A stretch of 64,000 bases of DNA from Candidatus Dormiibacterota bacterium. Lineage in GTDB: Bacteria > Chloroflexota > Dormibacteria > Aeolococcales > Aeolococcaceae. The position numbers and the translations under genes were made by a program. Position 1 is the stretch's first letter. Every line of letters starts with the position of its first letter. The stretch lies in the NCBI GenBank assembly GCA_963768105.1, contig CAVYGR010000008.1, positions 163,569-227,568 of the forward strand, read 5' to 3'. Positions 51,275-60,577 of the stretch are shown here, piece after piece. Below the pieces are notes generated by a model, which saw nothing but the letters and a program-made list of their open reading frames with translations, searched no databases and was not told the DNA's origin.

Positions 51275-52295
51275 CACGTGTAGTTCGGGGTGGCGGTGTA
51301 CGTGATGGTGTCGGTGTACGTCCCAGACGCCGTCGCGTAATCGATCGCGGTCTGGTCGGTGATCGCGCAGCGTGTTCGCCGTGGCGCCGGTGGCACGTTG
51401 TGCTCGACGCAACCACGTCGCCGGCGTTGCGATAGCCGGCGTACTTCGTGCCCGCCTGCGAACGCGGCGTTGACCGAAAATCCGGCGTCACCAACGCCCG
51501 TGCCCGTGACGGTATAGCCGGTCACATTGGCGGGCGCAGCCGGCCACGCAACCGCAGTCGCCATGCTCGCCGAGACCTGCGGGATCGTCGGGTTTCCCGC
51601 CGATGCGCTCTGCAGACCCGTTGCATTGTCGGACAACCGTCAGCGTGTACCCGGAGTTCGCGTTGGTCAGGATCGTGATGTTGCTGGTGTAGCTCTGGTC
51701 GGCCAGCGCCGGCAGGCTCGGGTCCATGGTCAGCTGGAACGCGGTGGTGTCCAGGGTGAACGTGAGGCTCTTGGCGACCACGATGGTCTTGCGCGGTGTT
51801 GGTCGCGGCGAAGATCACCGCGGGCGTGGTGCCGGTGTCGATGACCGCCGGAACCGCGGTGTTGGTCGCCATCGCGGTCGTGTAGCTGCCGGCGGCGGGG
51901 TTGGTCAGCCCCGAGAGCTCGAATGAAGATCGGAATGCCGGCCGAGACGTTCGCTGCCGCGGTCACCGTATAGGTGATGACCTGCCCCACCCTAGCCACG
52001 GTTCCGGCGCCGATGCCGTACGCTGAGGACGATGGCGGGCGCGCCGCCCAGTCCCGCGCCCGACACGGTGAAGGTGATCGTCTTGATCGTCCCGGCGGTC
52101 GCGGTCTTGAACGAATACGCGTAGTTCGTCGGCGTGCGCCGCAGCCTGGTTGTTCGACACCGCCCAGCTCAGGTTGGTGAGCGCGCCCGCAGCCAGCGCG
52201 GACTGGGTCGTGACCACCGCCACGCCGGATACGAGCGTGACTGCCACCAAAAGTGACACCGTCCGCTGCTTAATGCGATGTGACCAGGGTCTCAT
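51274..52295 (-). CDS. Secreted WxL-like/pilin-like beta protein (multiply frameshifted)
   Basis: Signal peptide ALA-A; SLTFTL, TNANSGYTLTV, C-terminal SGTYTDTITYTATPNY. Confidence 0.65.
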
Positions 52296-52517
52296 ATCGC
52301 GGGATCCTGAACTCAGAACGCCGCGTCGGGCGGTCTGGCCGCCGTTCCGTCACCCTATCGTCATCGCGAATACGGTACGGTCGCGGATAGACAAGAGTTG
52401 CAGCATGGGATGTTGCCATGCGTCCCCTCCGGCGCTGTCGCGCAGCGAACCGGCGACGTGACGACGGTCACCTCGCGGACAGACGCAGATATCCGCACGC
52501 TGAGACCATTGCGCGCC

Positions 52518-52691
52518 ATGTTGGTCTGCCCTCGGTGCGGCTCTGACCGGCTGGTCACGTTGACGTTCACGTCCGCCATGGGCGAGGAGCTGGTCGACTT
52601 GCCCAAGCGTCCCGTCGCCAAGTGCGTCGACTGTGGTCACCGGCTGTGGCCCTCGGAAGTCACCGCGCAAGAGGAACCCCAGTCAAGCTGA
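52518..52691 (+). CDS. Small Zn-ribbon protein
   Basis: CPRCGS...KCVDCGH. Confidence 0.65.
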   Translation: MLVCPRCGSDRLVTLTFTSAMGEELVDLPKRPVAKCVDCGHRLWPSEVTAQEEPQSS

Positions 52692-53227
52692 CCCTACACG
52701 ACGAGACACCCATCACGACCGAGCGGCTGACGCTCGCTCCTCTGACCGTGCTCGACGCCGACGAGATGGTGGGCGTGCTCAACGACGAGCGCCTGCATGG
52801 GTTCATCGGCGGTCATCCGCTCACTCTGGTCGAGCTTCGGGATCGATACCGGCAGGTCGTCGACGGGCCGGGAGAACCCGGACGTGCGTGGCGCAACTGG
52901 ATCGTTCGCTCGAAGCCCGACGGGACCGCGCTGGGCACGGTGCAGGCCACCATCTCCACGACGTCCGACGGCCGTGCCACCGCCGAGATCGCCTGGGTGA
53001 TCGGTGTGGCTTGGCAGGGACGGGGATACGCCAGCGAGGCCGCTCGGGCCGTTGTCGAATGGCTGCGCGCGCATGGCGTGGACGACGTGACCGCCCACAT
53101 CCATCCCGACCACCCCGCGTCGGCCGCGGTGGCACGCCGCGCCGGACTCCACCCCACCGAGGCGGAGGTTGACGGGGAGACGGTATGGCGCCTGGCGCCG
53201 CCGCTCAACCCGCCAGCGGCAACCTGA
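52622..53227 (+). CDS. RimJ/RimL-type GNAT acetyltransferase (start uncertain)
   Basis: TTERLTL, WQGRGYASEA, HIHPDHPAS. Confidence 0.85.
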   Translation: MRRLWSPAVALGSHRARGTPVKLTLHDETPITTERLTLAPLTVLDADEMVGVLNDERLHGFIGGHPLTLVELRDRYRQVVDGPGEPGRAWRNWIVRSKPDGTALGTVQATISTTSDGRATAEIAWVIGVAWQGRGYASEAARAVVEWLRAHGVDDVTAHIHPDHPASAAVARRAGLHPTEAEVDGETVWRLAPPLNPPAAT

Positions 53228-53900
53228 CGACGAACCGGCTGCCGCGGCCCTGTTGCCCGATCATCTCGATGTCCCCGCCGTGCTCGCGAGCGAGGACGCG
53301 CGCGATGTACAGACCCAGCCCGACGCCCGGGACGGGGCGCCGATCGGCGTCGGGACCTCGCTCGAAGCGCTCGAACAGCTGGCCGGCCTGGTCGGGGTCG
53401 ATACCGACGCCCTGGTCGGCGACCGTGATCACCGCCGTGGCGTCGTCGGACTCCACGGTGCAGTCGATGACACCGCCGTCCGGCGAGTACTTGATGGCGT
53501 TGTCGATGAGATTCCGCACGATGGTGCCGACACGAGCCGGATCCACAACGGCCACGAGCGGCTCGTCGGGCATGCGAACGCGCAGTTCCAGGGCCGGGGA
53601 CAGCGCCGGACCGACATCGTTAATCGCCTCCTGGACGGCCGCGCGCACGTCGGCTGGATGCCGGGAGAGATGGAGCCGGCCGTCCGCAAAGCGCGCGTCC
53701 TCGAGCATGTCGTCCGCCATCCGTTGGATCGCCCGGGTCTTCGCCCGCATCGGCACCAGCGCCAGCCTGGCCGCGGGGGGCAGGTCGCCCAGGGTGCCGT
53801 CCTCCAGCATGGACAGGTAGCCGTTGAGGACGCTCACGTGACTCCGAATCTCGTGGGCGGCGACGCGTGCAGGGTCAGTCCAGGAATCCGACTGTCTCAT
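53205..53900 (-). CDS. Cytoplasmic histidine kinase without a sensor domain
   Basis: AAHEIRSH at about residue 15, NLIDNAIKYSP, DQGVG, GLGL. Confidence 0.85.
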   Translation of the reverse strand: MRQSDSWTDPARVAAHEIRSHVSVLNGYLSMLEDGTLGDLPPAARLALVPMRAKTRAIQRMADDMLEDARFADGRLHLSRHPADVRAAVQEAINDVGPALSPALELRVRMPDEPLVAVVDPARVGTIVRNLIDNAIKYSPDGGVIDCTVESDDATAVITVADQGVGIDPDQAGQLFERFERGPDADRRPVPGVGLGLYIARVLAREHGGDIEMIGQQGRGSRFVVRLPLAG

Positions 53901-53941
53901 TACCCTTTATTCTGATACCACGGGTATCATAACAGCGGGTA

Positions 53942-54244
53942 CTACGTCGCGCGGAGCTCTCCGAGCCGGGTCTGCCAGAACGCGTATCGGCGCTCGAGGC
54001 GCTCACGCTCCGCCTCGAGGATGGTCAGATCGGCATGTGCCTCCGGCTGCGCGGCGGCGGGGAGGTCGGCCGCACCCGACGCCACCTCTCCGACGACACC
54101 CTGCTTGAACTCGAGCAGCTCGGCATAGACATGCACCCAATGCTTCGCGTCATCCAGGTAGGTCGTGGCCGGATCCTCGCCCTCGAGGAGTCGATCGGGA
54201 TCGGCCACTTTCTCGATGGCGTCCTGGGCATCGTCGCTGGGCAT
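53942..54244 (-). CDS. Small helical hypothetical protein
   Basis: 100 aa; DRLLEGEDP..DAKHWVHVYAELL...RYAFWQTR. Confidence 0.65.
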   Translation of the reverse strand: MPSDDAQDAIEKVADPDRLLEGEDPATTYLDDAKHWVHVYAELLEFKQGVVGEVASGAADLPAAAQPEAHADLTILEAERERLERRYAFWQTRLGELRAT

Positions 54245-54326
54245 CGCGCCAGATGGTAACCGCATTTGGAGCGGTGCCCGCATCCATCCGGGAGCCGGGC
54301 AGGCGACGTGCTCGCGAGTGTGGCGG

Positions 54327-55148
54327 CTAGCGCCGAGGTATCGCGCCCTTGCGCCGCAGGATGCGGGGGAAGCGGCGACGGCGGGGGCGCCAGCGGCCGC
54401 TCCCCCGCTGCGAGACGTCCTCGAAGGTCTCGCCGGGCGGGAGATCGATGGTGAACGTCTCGGGCGGCAGGTCGATGTCGAATGCCACCTCGGTCATCTC
54501 GATCACGATGAACGGCTGCTCACGCAACCGCGCCTCGGCGCTGAGCACCACCCCCGTCGCCGCGTCGACGGAGAGCAGGTAATCGTCGGCGCCGACCCCG
54601 AGCGCATGGAGACCATGATCGGGCTGACGATCGGGGCGGACGCGCGGCAGTCCACGCAAGCGGACAACATCTCGTTCCAGCAGCAGGCCACGGCCGAGCG
54701 ACTCCAGACGCAGCCCGCTCAGCAGTGCCGCCGTGTCAAGCAGCCCTTCGGCGGGTCCGAGGCCGTGCTGATGATTGTCCGCGCCGTGATTGGTCATCCC
54801 GCCCATGTCCGTGGACCAACTCCACCAGGTCGGACCGTCAAAGACCACCATCGATGACCTGTCGCCGTAGGAAATCTCGGAGCGGGTCCGGCCCGCCTGC
54901 TCCATCCACAGCCGCCACGAATCCTCGCTCTCGTCGGGAACCGGGGGTTGCGGACCCTCGGGAACATATGAGGCGGTGAGCCGTACGACCGACCCGGGCG
55001 CTTGGCCGGCCTCCATCGCGGCGAAGTGGCGCTCGAACGCTTCATTCGCACGGGGTTGATGGCGCCAGTTGCGTCCGACCGCTCGCAGCGTCCGCCAGCG
55101 CGGTTCGGCGTCCTGCAAAACCTCCAGGATTTCGCCCAGTTCGCCCAC
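54327..55148 (-). CDS. Hypothetical protein with LolA/MucB-like fold features
   Basis: WRLW, VFDGPTWW, VDAATGVVL, LPPETFTIDLPPG. Confidence 0.6.
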   Translation of the reverse strand: MGELGEILEVLQDAEPRWRTLRAVGRNWRHQPRANEAFERHFAAMEAGQAPGSVVRLTASYVPEGPQPPVPDESEDSWRLWMEQAGRTRSEISYGDRSSMVVFDGPTWWSWSTDMGGMTNHGADNHQHGLGPAEGLLDTAALLSGLRLESLGRGLLLERDVVRLRGLPRVRPDRQPDHGLHALGVGADDYLLSVDAATGVVLSAEARLREQPFIVIEMTEVAFDIDLPPETFTIDLPPGETFEDVSQRGSGRWRPRRRRFPRILRRKGAIPRR

Positions 55149-55246
55149 GTTTCGGAGCCTACTCTTCCCTGCCTCGCGGCCTGGGCGCAACCGGGAACTC
55201 GCGGATCCCGATGTGAGCTAATGAGTCCACACACAGGGAGTCGAAC

Positions 55247-55621
55247 GTGATGGAGACCTGGGAACTGTGGTTTCCGGCGGCGGCCGCCAACGGCATGCTG
55301 TTCGCGCGTTCACGCATCGATCCCGTGTCCGCCGTGTGGGTGCACTCGCCGCCCGAGCTGCTCGCCGTGCTCGTCCGCGGCGCAGACGAGTCGGTCATCG
55401 CACGAGCCGACGAGCTGCGCCGCGACGGACGCCAGTTCCCGATGGCACGGCTGCAGCGCGAGGGAGCCTCGATTCGCCGCGAGGACCGCTGGCCGGTGGC
55501 GACCGATGTCGGCGCGGTGGTCATCCTCCCAGGCGGTGAGGCCGGCATTCTCCGCAGTTGGTGGAACGCCGACGACGCATCCGAATGGCGCTGGCAGGTT
55601 GAGTTCTACAACCACCGATGA
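55247..55621 (+). CDS. Hypothetical protein
   Basis: GGGAG RBS; VILPGGEAGIL..WW...EWRWQVEFYNH. Confidence 0.65.
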   Translation: MMETWELWFPAAAANGMLFARSRIDPVSAVWVHSPPELLAVLVRGADESVIARADELRRDGRQFPMARLQREGASIRREDRWPVATDVGAVVILPGGEAGILRSWWNADDASEWRWQVEFYNHR

Positions 55622-55625
55622 AGGG

Positions 55626-56642
55626 TCAGCCGAAGTACCCGACGAGGTTCCCGTTGGCGGGGTTCTGCGCCGCGCCGAGCGGCGCGAGGCCGAACGCCGC
55701 CTCGATCGAGCGCAGCGTCCCGTAGTGGTTGCCGGCGATCGAGAGATTGCCACGGCCCCTGGCGTTGTTCGAGATCACCACCATCGGGATGGCGTTGCTG
55801 CTCGGCCCCTCGTCCATGGTCACGATCACCGTCGAGTTGAAGCGCGTGAACCACGACGAAGCCAGCACCGGCGCGATGTTCGCTCGCAGCCAGTCGTCAC
55901 CGGCGGTGACCGACCCTGAATGCATGTCGTTCAATTGATTCGGCGTGATCCAGACGAAGTCCGGAGCGCTCGGCGAGGCGAGCGCGGCTGTCAGGCCGGC
56001 CGCGCCGGGATACGGCAGGACGTGCTGCGCGCACCCGTTACGGAGCACGTCGCCCACGACGACGAAGGGGTCGTGCTTCTCTCCGTAGAGCGCCGACGAG
56101 CCGCTGCCGCCGGCCCACTGCCCGGTGAAGCAGGGCGACGGCATCAACTCCATGTACGCCCTCCAGGGGATGCCCGCCGCACTGAGCTGCCCGCCGAGCG
56201 ACGGCGCGCCGAGGGTCTGGAAGCACGTGTCCGAGCCGCAGCCCTGCGTCCCGCCCATCGTCACCGCGAGGTAGTTCGGCTCGCTCGGATGCGAGACGCC
56301 GGCCCATCCGACGACAGAGGCGTACTGCGCTCCGAGGCTGCAGAGGTACGGATCGGCCGAGCACGAGCCAAGAGTTGCCGCGTAGCCCTTGTTCTCCAGC
56401 ATCACCAGGAGGACGTGCGTGGCCCCGCCGAGCCGGGTGCTGCGATGGGCGGGCCGGTTGGTCGGCCGAGACGTTGGGCGCGGCGTCGGCGACGCCGGTC
56501 GCGGTGAAGGCGTGGCCTGCAGCGTCGGCGCCAGCGTGGGGATGGCGCTGCCGCTCGGAGCCGGCGTCGGGGTCGCCGTCCTCGCCCTGGGGGTGCCGCT
56601 GCCGCACGCCGCAAGCAGCGAGGCGAGAGCGACCACGGACAA
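55626..56642 (-). CDS. Phosphoesterase-family (acid phosphatase) lipoprotein
   Basis: LAAC lipobox, MLEN, HPSEPNY, KHDPF, ITPN..DMH, TMDE, NHYGTLR. Confidence 0.88.
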   Translation of the reverse strand: MSVVALASLLAACGSGTPRARTATPTPAPSGSAIPTLAPTLQATPSPRPASPTPRPTSRPTNRPAHRSTRLGGATHVLLVMLENKGYAATLGSCSADPYLCSLGAQYASVVGWAGVSHPSEPNYLAVTMGGTQGCGSDTCFQTLGAPSLGGQLSAAGIPWRAYMELMPSPCFTGQWAGGSGSSALYGEKHDPFVVVGDVLRNGCAQHVLPYPGAAGLTAALASPSAPDFVWITPNQLNDMHSGSVTAGDDWLRANIAPVLASSWFTRFNSTVIVTMDEGPSSNAIPMVVISNNARGRGNLSIAGNHYGTLRSIEAAFGLAPLGAAQNPANGNLVGYFG

Positions 56643-56682
56643 AACCCCTCTCCAGGGCGGACGCCCAGGATACTCTCGCTGT

Positions 56683-57315
56683 GTGGCCCCTCTCTGGACG
56701 GCGGTGATCGCCGCGGTCGCCGGAATCGTTGGCGCCGGGCTCGGCGTTGGAGCCGGCGCGCTCATCGCACGGCGGAACAGCAATCGGCTTCTCCAGTCGA
56801 TGCGCAAGGCGCGAGGTCAGGAGCGTCGAGCGGCAGTGTATCTCGACGTTGCGGTGGGCTGGCACGCCTACCTCCAGGCGGTCCGGCCGCTCGCCTTCCC
56901 CGACGAAAGCTACCCGGCCATGACATCCCGTGATCTGTCCGCCGTCCTCCGATCGCGCGCGCAGCTGGAGCTGGTCGGCTCGGCCTCGGTGCAACAGCTC
57001 CACGATGGAGCGCTGGAGGGCGCCGTGGCGCTTATCAACCTCCTCCAGTCGCTCCCGAAATCGGCGGCCGGCGAGCCGGCCATCGCCGCCGGACGGAGTT
57101 CCCTGCGAGTCGCGCTCGCGGAGATCGGCAAGCGGGTCGACCTGCTCGAGGAGCGGATGAATCAGGAGCTGCACCCACGGACTGTCCTGACCGAGCAGCA
57201 TGTCGAGCTCACGGGCCGTCGAGGTGTGGCGACCGCGGCTCCCCAGCCGCCACCCTTGGTGACCGGAGAACCGCAGCCGCCACCCGTCACGACGGCGGCC
57301 ACTCCCCCGCACTGA
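56683..57315 (+). CDS. Hypothetical single-TM protein
   Basis: GTG just after TACTCT; N-terminal TM followed by a helical domain. Confidence 0.6.
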   Translation: MAPLWTAVIAAVAGIVGAGLGVGAGALIARRNSNRLLQSMRKARGQERRAAVYLDVAVGWHAYLQAVRPLAFPDESYPAMTSRDLSAVLRSRAQLELVGSASVQQLHDGALEGAVALINLLQSLPKSAAGEPAIAAGRSSLRVALAEIGKRVDLLEERMNQELHPRTVLTEQHVELTGRRGVATAAPQPPPLVTGEPQPPPVTTAATPPH

Positions 57316-57394
57316 GGTACCGATCGGCTACTCTGGCGGCGGCATCCCCACCGTGGGGGCTGCTAGAGCGGGAACGTGAGCGGGAAGGCGTGCA

Positions 57395-59539
57395 ATGCGG
57401 CGGATCACTCGGCACGCCCTCGCAGTATCGGGGGCAGTGCTCATCACCGGCGGGACGATGGCCGCGCGCCCGAACCTCGACTCGGCTCGAGTGGCGCAGT
57501 CTGCGACCACCAACGCGCCGCACATCATGCTCATCGTCGAGGAGAACACCGCGTACGGGAGTAGCGACGGCTCCCCGTTCGTGATCGGCAACGCCAAAGC
57601 GCCCTATATCAACAACACCCTTGTCAAGACCTACGCATCGGCCACCAGCTGGTACGCCGTCGAGCACAACAGCCCCAAGGACTATTACGACCTGGTCTCC
57701 GGCGCCGATCAGGCCGGGAAGTCCAAGCCCTACAAGGCCACCACCCTGGTCGACGAACTGGCCGCGGCAGGCATCAGCTGGAAGGCGTACATGGAGGACA
57801 TGCCGTCCGCCTGCTACAAGGGCAAGGACGTCTTGAACTACGCGGCCTCGCACAATCCGTTCATCGATTTCGCCGGCATCGTCAACAACCCGACGCAGTG
57901 CGCCAACGTCGTGCCCTACACCCTTTCGGGGATGTTGACGGACATGGGCAGCACCAATGCACCCAGCTTCGTTTGGATCACCCCCAATCAGTGCGACGAC
58001 ATGCACAGCAACTGCGCACCCTTGAACAATCACGTGCAGCAGGGCGACCAGTGGCTCCAGAACAATCTGCCGTCGGTGCTGAGTTCCCCCTGGTATACGC
58101 AGGGCAATGGCGTCGTCATCGTCACGTGGGACGAGAGCGCGATCGCTGACACCTCGGGCGGTACGGAGGGGAACGGCGGCCACATCGCAACCCTGGTGAT
58201 CAGTGCCAAGTCCAGCGGCGCGTTCACCAGTCCCGGCGATCACTACGCGACGCTGCGCGGCATCGAGGAGGCCTACGGCGTCGGCTTGCTCGGCAACTCG
58301 TCCAACGCGGCATTCGGCGATATCGGGCCGGCGTTCGGCGGGAGCCTGACGCCCGGCGCCATCGGCGGAACGGTGACCGACGCGGACACGCCCCAACCGA
58401 ATGCGCCGATTCCCAACGCCACCGTCACCTGCACCTGCGCCGGCACGCCCCAGACCACCGACACCAACGGCAACTACACGTTCGGCGGCGTGAACCCGGG
58501 TACCTACTCGCTCACATTCGCAGACAGCAACCCACCGGGGTACGTCACGCAGACGGCGAACAACGTCAGCGTGAATTCGGGTACCACGACCACGGAGAAC
58601 GTCGGACTGACCCAGATAGACAGCATCAGCGGGACGGTCACCGACGCGCAGACCGGCAATCCCATCGCCGGCGCCCTGGTGAGCTGCGCGGGTGCCACCG
58701 GCCCAACCAACTGCCCGAACAACAACCCCGCCGGCACGAACAGCGCCGGCTTCTACTACCTCACCGGCTCGCTGCCGGCCAACAACCCCTACTCGCTGAC
58801 CGTCTCGGCAACGGGCTACGTCACCCAGATCGTGGGCGTCAGCGTCCCGAACGGAAATGCGGCCGCGACACAGAACGTCGCCCTCGACGAGGTTGCCAGG
58901 CCGCCGCCTCCTGCGATCGTCCAGGATGTCGCATCGGCTGCCAAGGCAGCCGTGACGTCCTTCTCCGTGACGACCGCTTCGACCACAGGCGGCGACCTGC
59001 TGGCTGTCTCCTCAGAGTTCGACGCGGGCAGCGGCAAGACCTCGGGCTCGATCACCGGCGTCACCGACAACCAGCTTGACCACTGGACACGCGCGGTGGG
59101 GATCAATCCGTCCACGCGGATCGCCACCGAGATCTGGTACGCACCGGCCGCAACTGCGGGGGTGACCTCGGTGACGGTGACCTTCTCGAAGTCGGTCAAC
59201 CCGGTGGTGCGGTTCTACGAGATCAGCAATGCGAGCGCCGTCGATCAGACGACGGCAGGGTCCGGCAGCAGCACAGCGCCGAGCAGCGGGACGACCGGCA
59301 CGACGACCAGTGCCAACGAGGTGGTCATCGGCGTCATCGGCTTCGCATCCACGACGGCCGCGATCTCTGGCCTCCCGACCGGCTTCACCGAGGATACGAT
59401 CGTGCGCAACGCCCTGACCGGCTTCAACAACTCCGAGCAGGCCGGTCATGACACGGTCTCGACCGCCGGCATGTTCTCGTACTTCGGGACGCTCTCCGGA
59501 TCGCAGCCCTGGTCGGCGGCGCTCGCTACGTTCCGGTAG
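57395..59539 (+). CDS. Secreted phosphoesterase with two carboxypeptidase-regulatory-like domains and a C-terminal beta domain
   Basis: IVEEN, HNPF, ITPN.CDDMH, TWDE, DHYATLR; GTVTDA..PI..A twice. Confidence 0.88.
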   Translation: MRRITRHALAVSGAVLITGGTMAARPNLDSARVAQSATTNAPHIMLIVEENTAYGSSDGSPFVIGNAKAPYINNTLVKTYASATSWYAVEHNSPKDYYDLVSGADQAGKSKPYKATTLVDELAAAGISWKAYMEDMPSACYKGKDVLNYAASHNPFIDFAGIVNNPTQCANVVPYTLSGMLTDMGSTNAPSFVWITPNQCDDMHSNCAPLNNHVQQGDQWLQNNLPSVLSSPWYTQGNGVVIVTWDESAIADTSGGTEGNGGHIATLVISAKSSGAFTSPGDHYATLRGIEEAYGVGLLGNSSNAAFGDIGPAFGGSLTPGAIGGTVTDADTPQPNAPIPNATVTCTCAGTPQTTDTNGNYTFGGVNPGTYSLTFADSNPPGYVTQTANNVSVNSGTTTTENVGLTQIDSISGTVTDAQTGNPIAGALVSCAGATGPTNCPNNNPAGTNSAGFYYLTGSLPANNPYSLTVSATGYVTQIVGVSVPNGNAAATQNVALDEVARPPPPAIVQDVASAAKAAVTSFSVTTASTTGGDLLAVSSEFDAGSGKTSGSITGVTDNQLDHWTRAVGINPSTRIATEIWYAPAATAGVTSVTVTFSKSVNPVVRFYEISNASAVDQTTAGSGSSTAPSSGTTGTTTSANEVVIGVIGFASTTAAISGLPTGFTEDTIVRNALTGFNNSEQAGHDTVSTAGMFSYFGTLSGSQPWSAALATFR

Positions 59540-59639
59540 TTGTCGCCGGCGGCCGCCCGACCGGCACGCGTTCGGGCCATTCGAAGAGCGGACCCGCGCC
59601 CTGGCGCACGGTCGACGCGTTCGGTAAACTCAGCCGATC

Positions 59640-60428
59640 ATGGACCTGGCAGTCGTCGCTCTGACGATTGTTATTGCGGTGATGGCGATAGCAGCCGCCG
59701 GGCTGACCGTGGCAGTCATTCAGCTCGTCCGGCACAACGATCATCTGTGCGCGGAGATGCGCGCCCTGGCCGACCATAACGTAGATTTGATCGCATCGGC
59801 TGATGAGCTAGCTCGGGCGGAGCAAGAACACGCTGAGGAGACACGTGCGGATCACGTGCTCGCTGACGCACCCCTCCTCGTTATTCTCGACGAGCCACCG
59901 CCGGGGATTCGCGAGGAACCCTGGGCGGCCGTTCGGGTCCGCAACGTCGGCAGCGGACCGGCATTGCACTTCGTTGCCTGGATGCTCGCGGGCGGCAACC
60001 TCTATCGCTCGGCCGGCGCGGAGGCGAAGGGTTTCTCAGGACATCTCCATCTGACGCCTGGCGACATCTTCGAGCCCGGACCCTTTCAGAACATGCTCTA
60101 TGTTGGCAGAGCGCAGGGGTACCTCGACCCTGGCTCGGCCGTCGTGGGTGAGGAACCTTCGACCAACCTTGCCGCATATTGCGGTGACCAGTTCGGAAAC
60201 CGGTACCGGTTCAACCTGCGCACCGGCGATCCCCCGGAGGTCTGGGAACGCGGCGCCGACGCACCACCGTGGGCCGGCGCGTGGGACCCGAGGCTCACCT
60301 CAGCGGCGTCGCCTGAGCCTGAAGCGAACGTCCTCGGAAGGGTGCTCCATCGCCGCGACCCGATCGAGGACGTCAACGCCTTGCACGACGCGCTGCACGC
60401 GCTTCAGGACGCCAACGCAGCCGTCTAG
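59640..60428 (+). CDS. Hypothetical single-TM protein
   Basis: N-terminal TM, short coiled segment, VRNVGSGPA, YCGDQFGNRY. Confidence 0.65.
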   Translation: MDLAVVALTIVIAVMAIAAAGLTVAVIQLVRHNDHLCAEMRALADHNVDLIASADELARAEQEHAEETRADHVLADAPLLVILDEPPPGIREEPWAAVRVRNVGSGPALHFVAWMLAGGNLYRSAGAEAKGFSGHLHLTPGDIFEPGPFQNMLYVGRAQGYLDPGSAVVGEEPSTNLAAYCGDQFGNRYRFNLRTGDPPEVWERGADAPPWAGAWDPRLTSAASPEPEANVLGRVLHRRDPIEDVNALHDALHALQDANAAV

Positions 60429-60504
60429 CGGCACGCCGACGCATCCCGGGTTCCGGCGCAATGGCCACTCGGCTTTCTCCATATTTTCCAAGGCCTTTGG
60501 CTGC

Positions 60505-60534
60505 TTGACGAGCATCCCAGGAGACGGCTACCAT
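60505..60534 (+). promoter_or_regulatory. Sigma70-type promoter
   Basis: TTGACG-N18-TACCAT. Confidence 0.55.
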
Positions 60535-60577
60535 CGCTCGACGAAGAGGGCACGAGCATGGGGGCGCTGTCAGCCTG

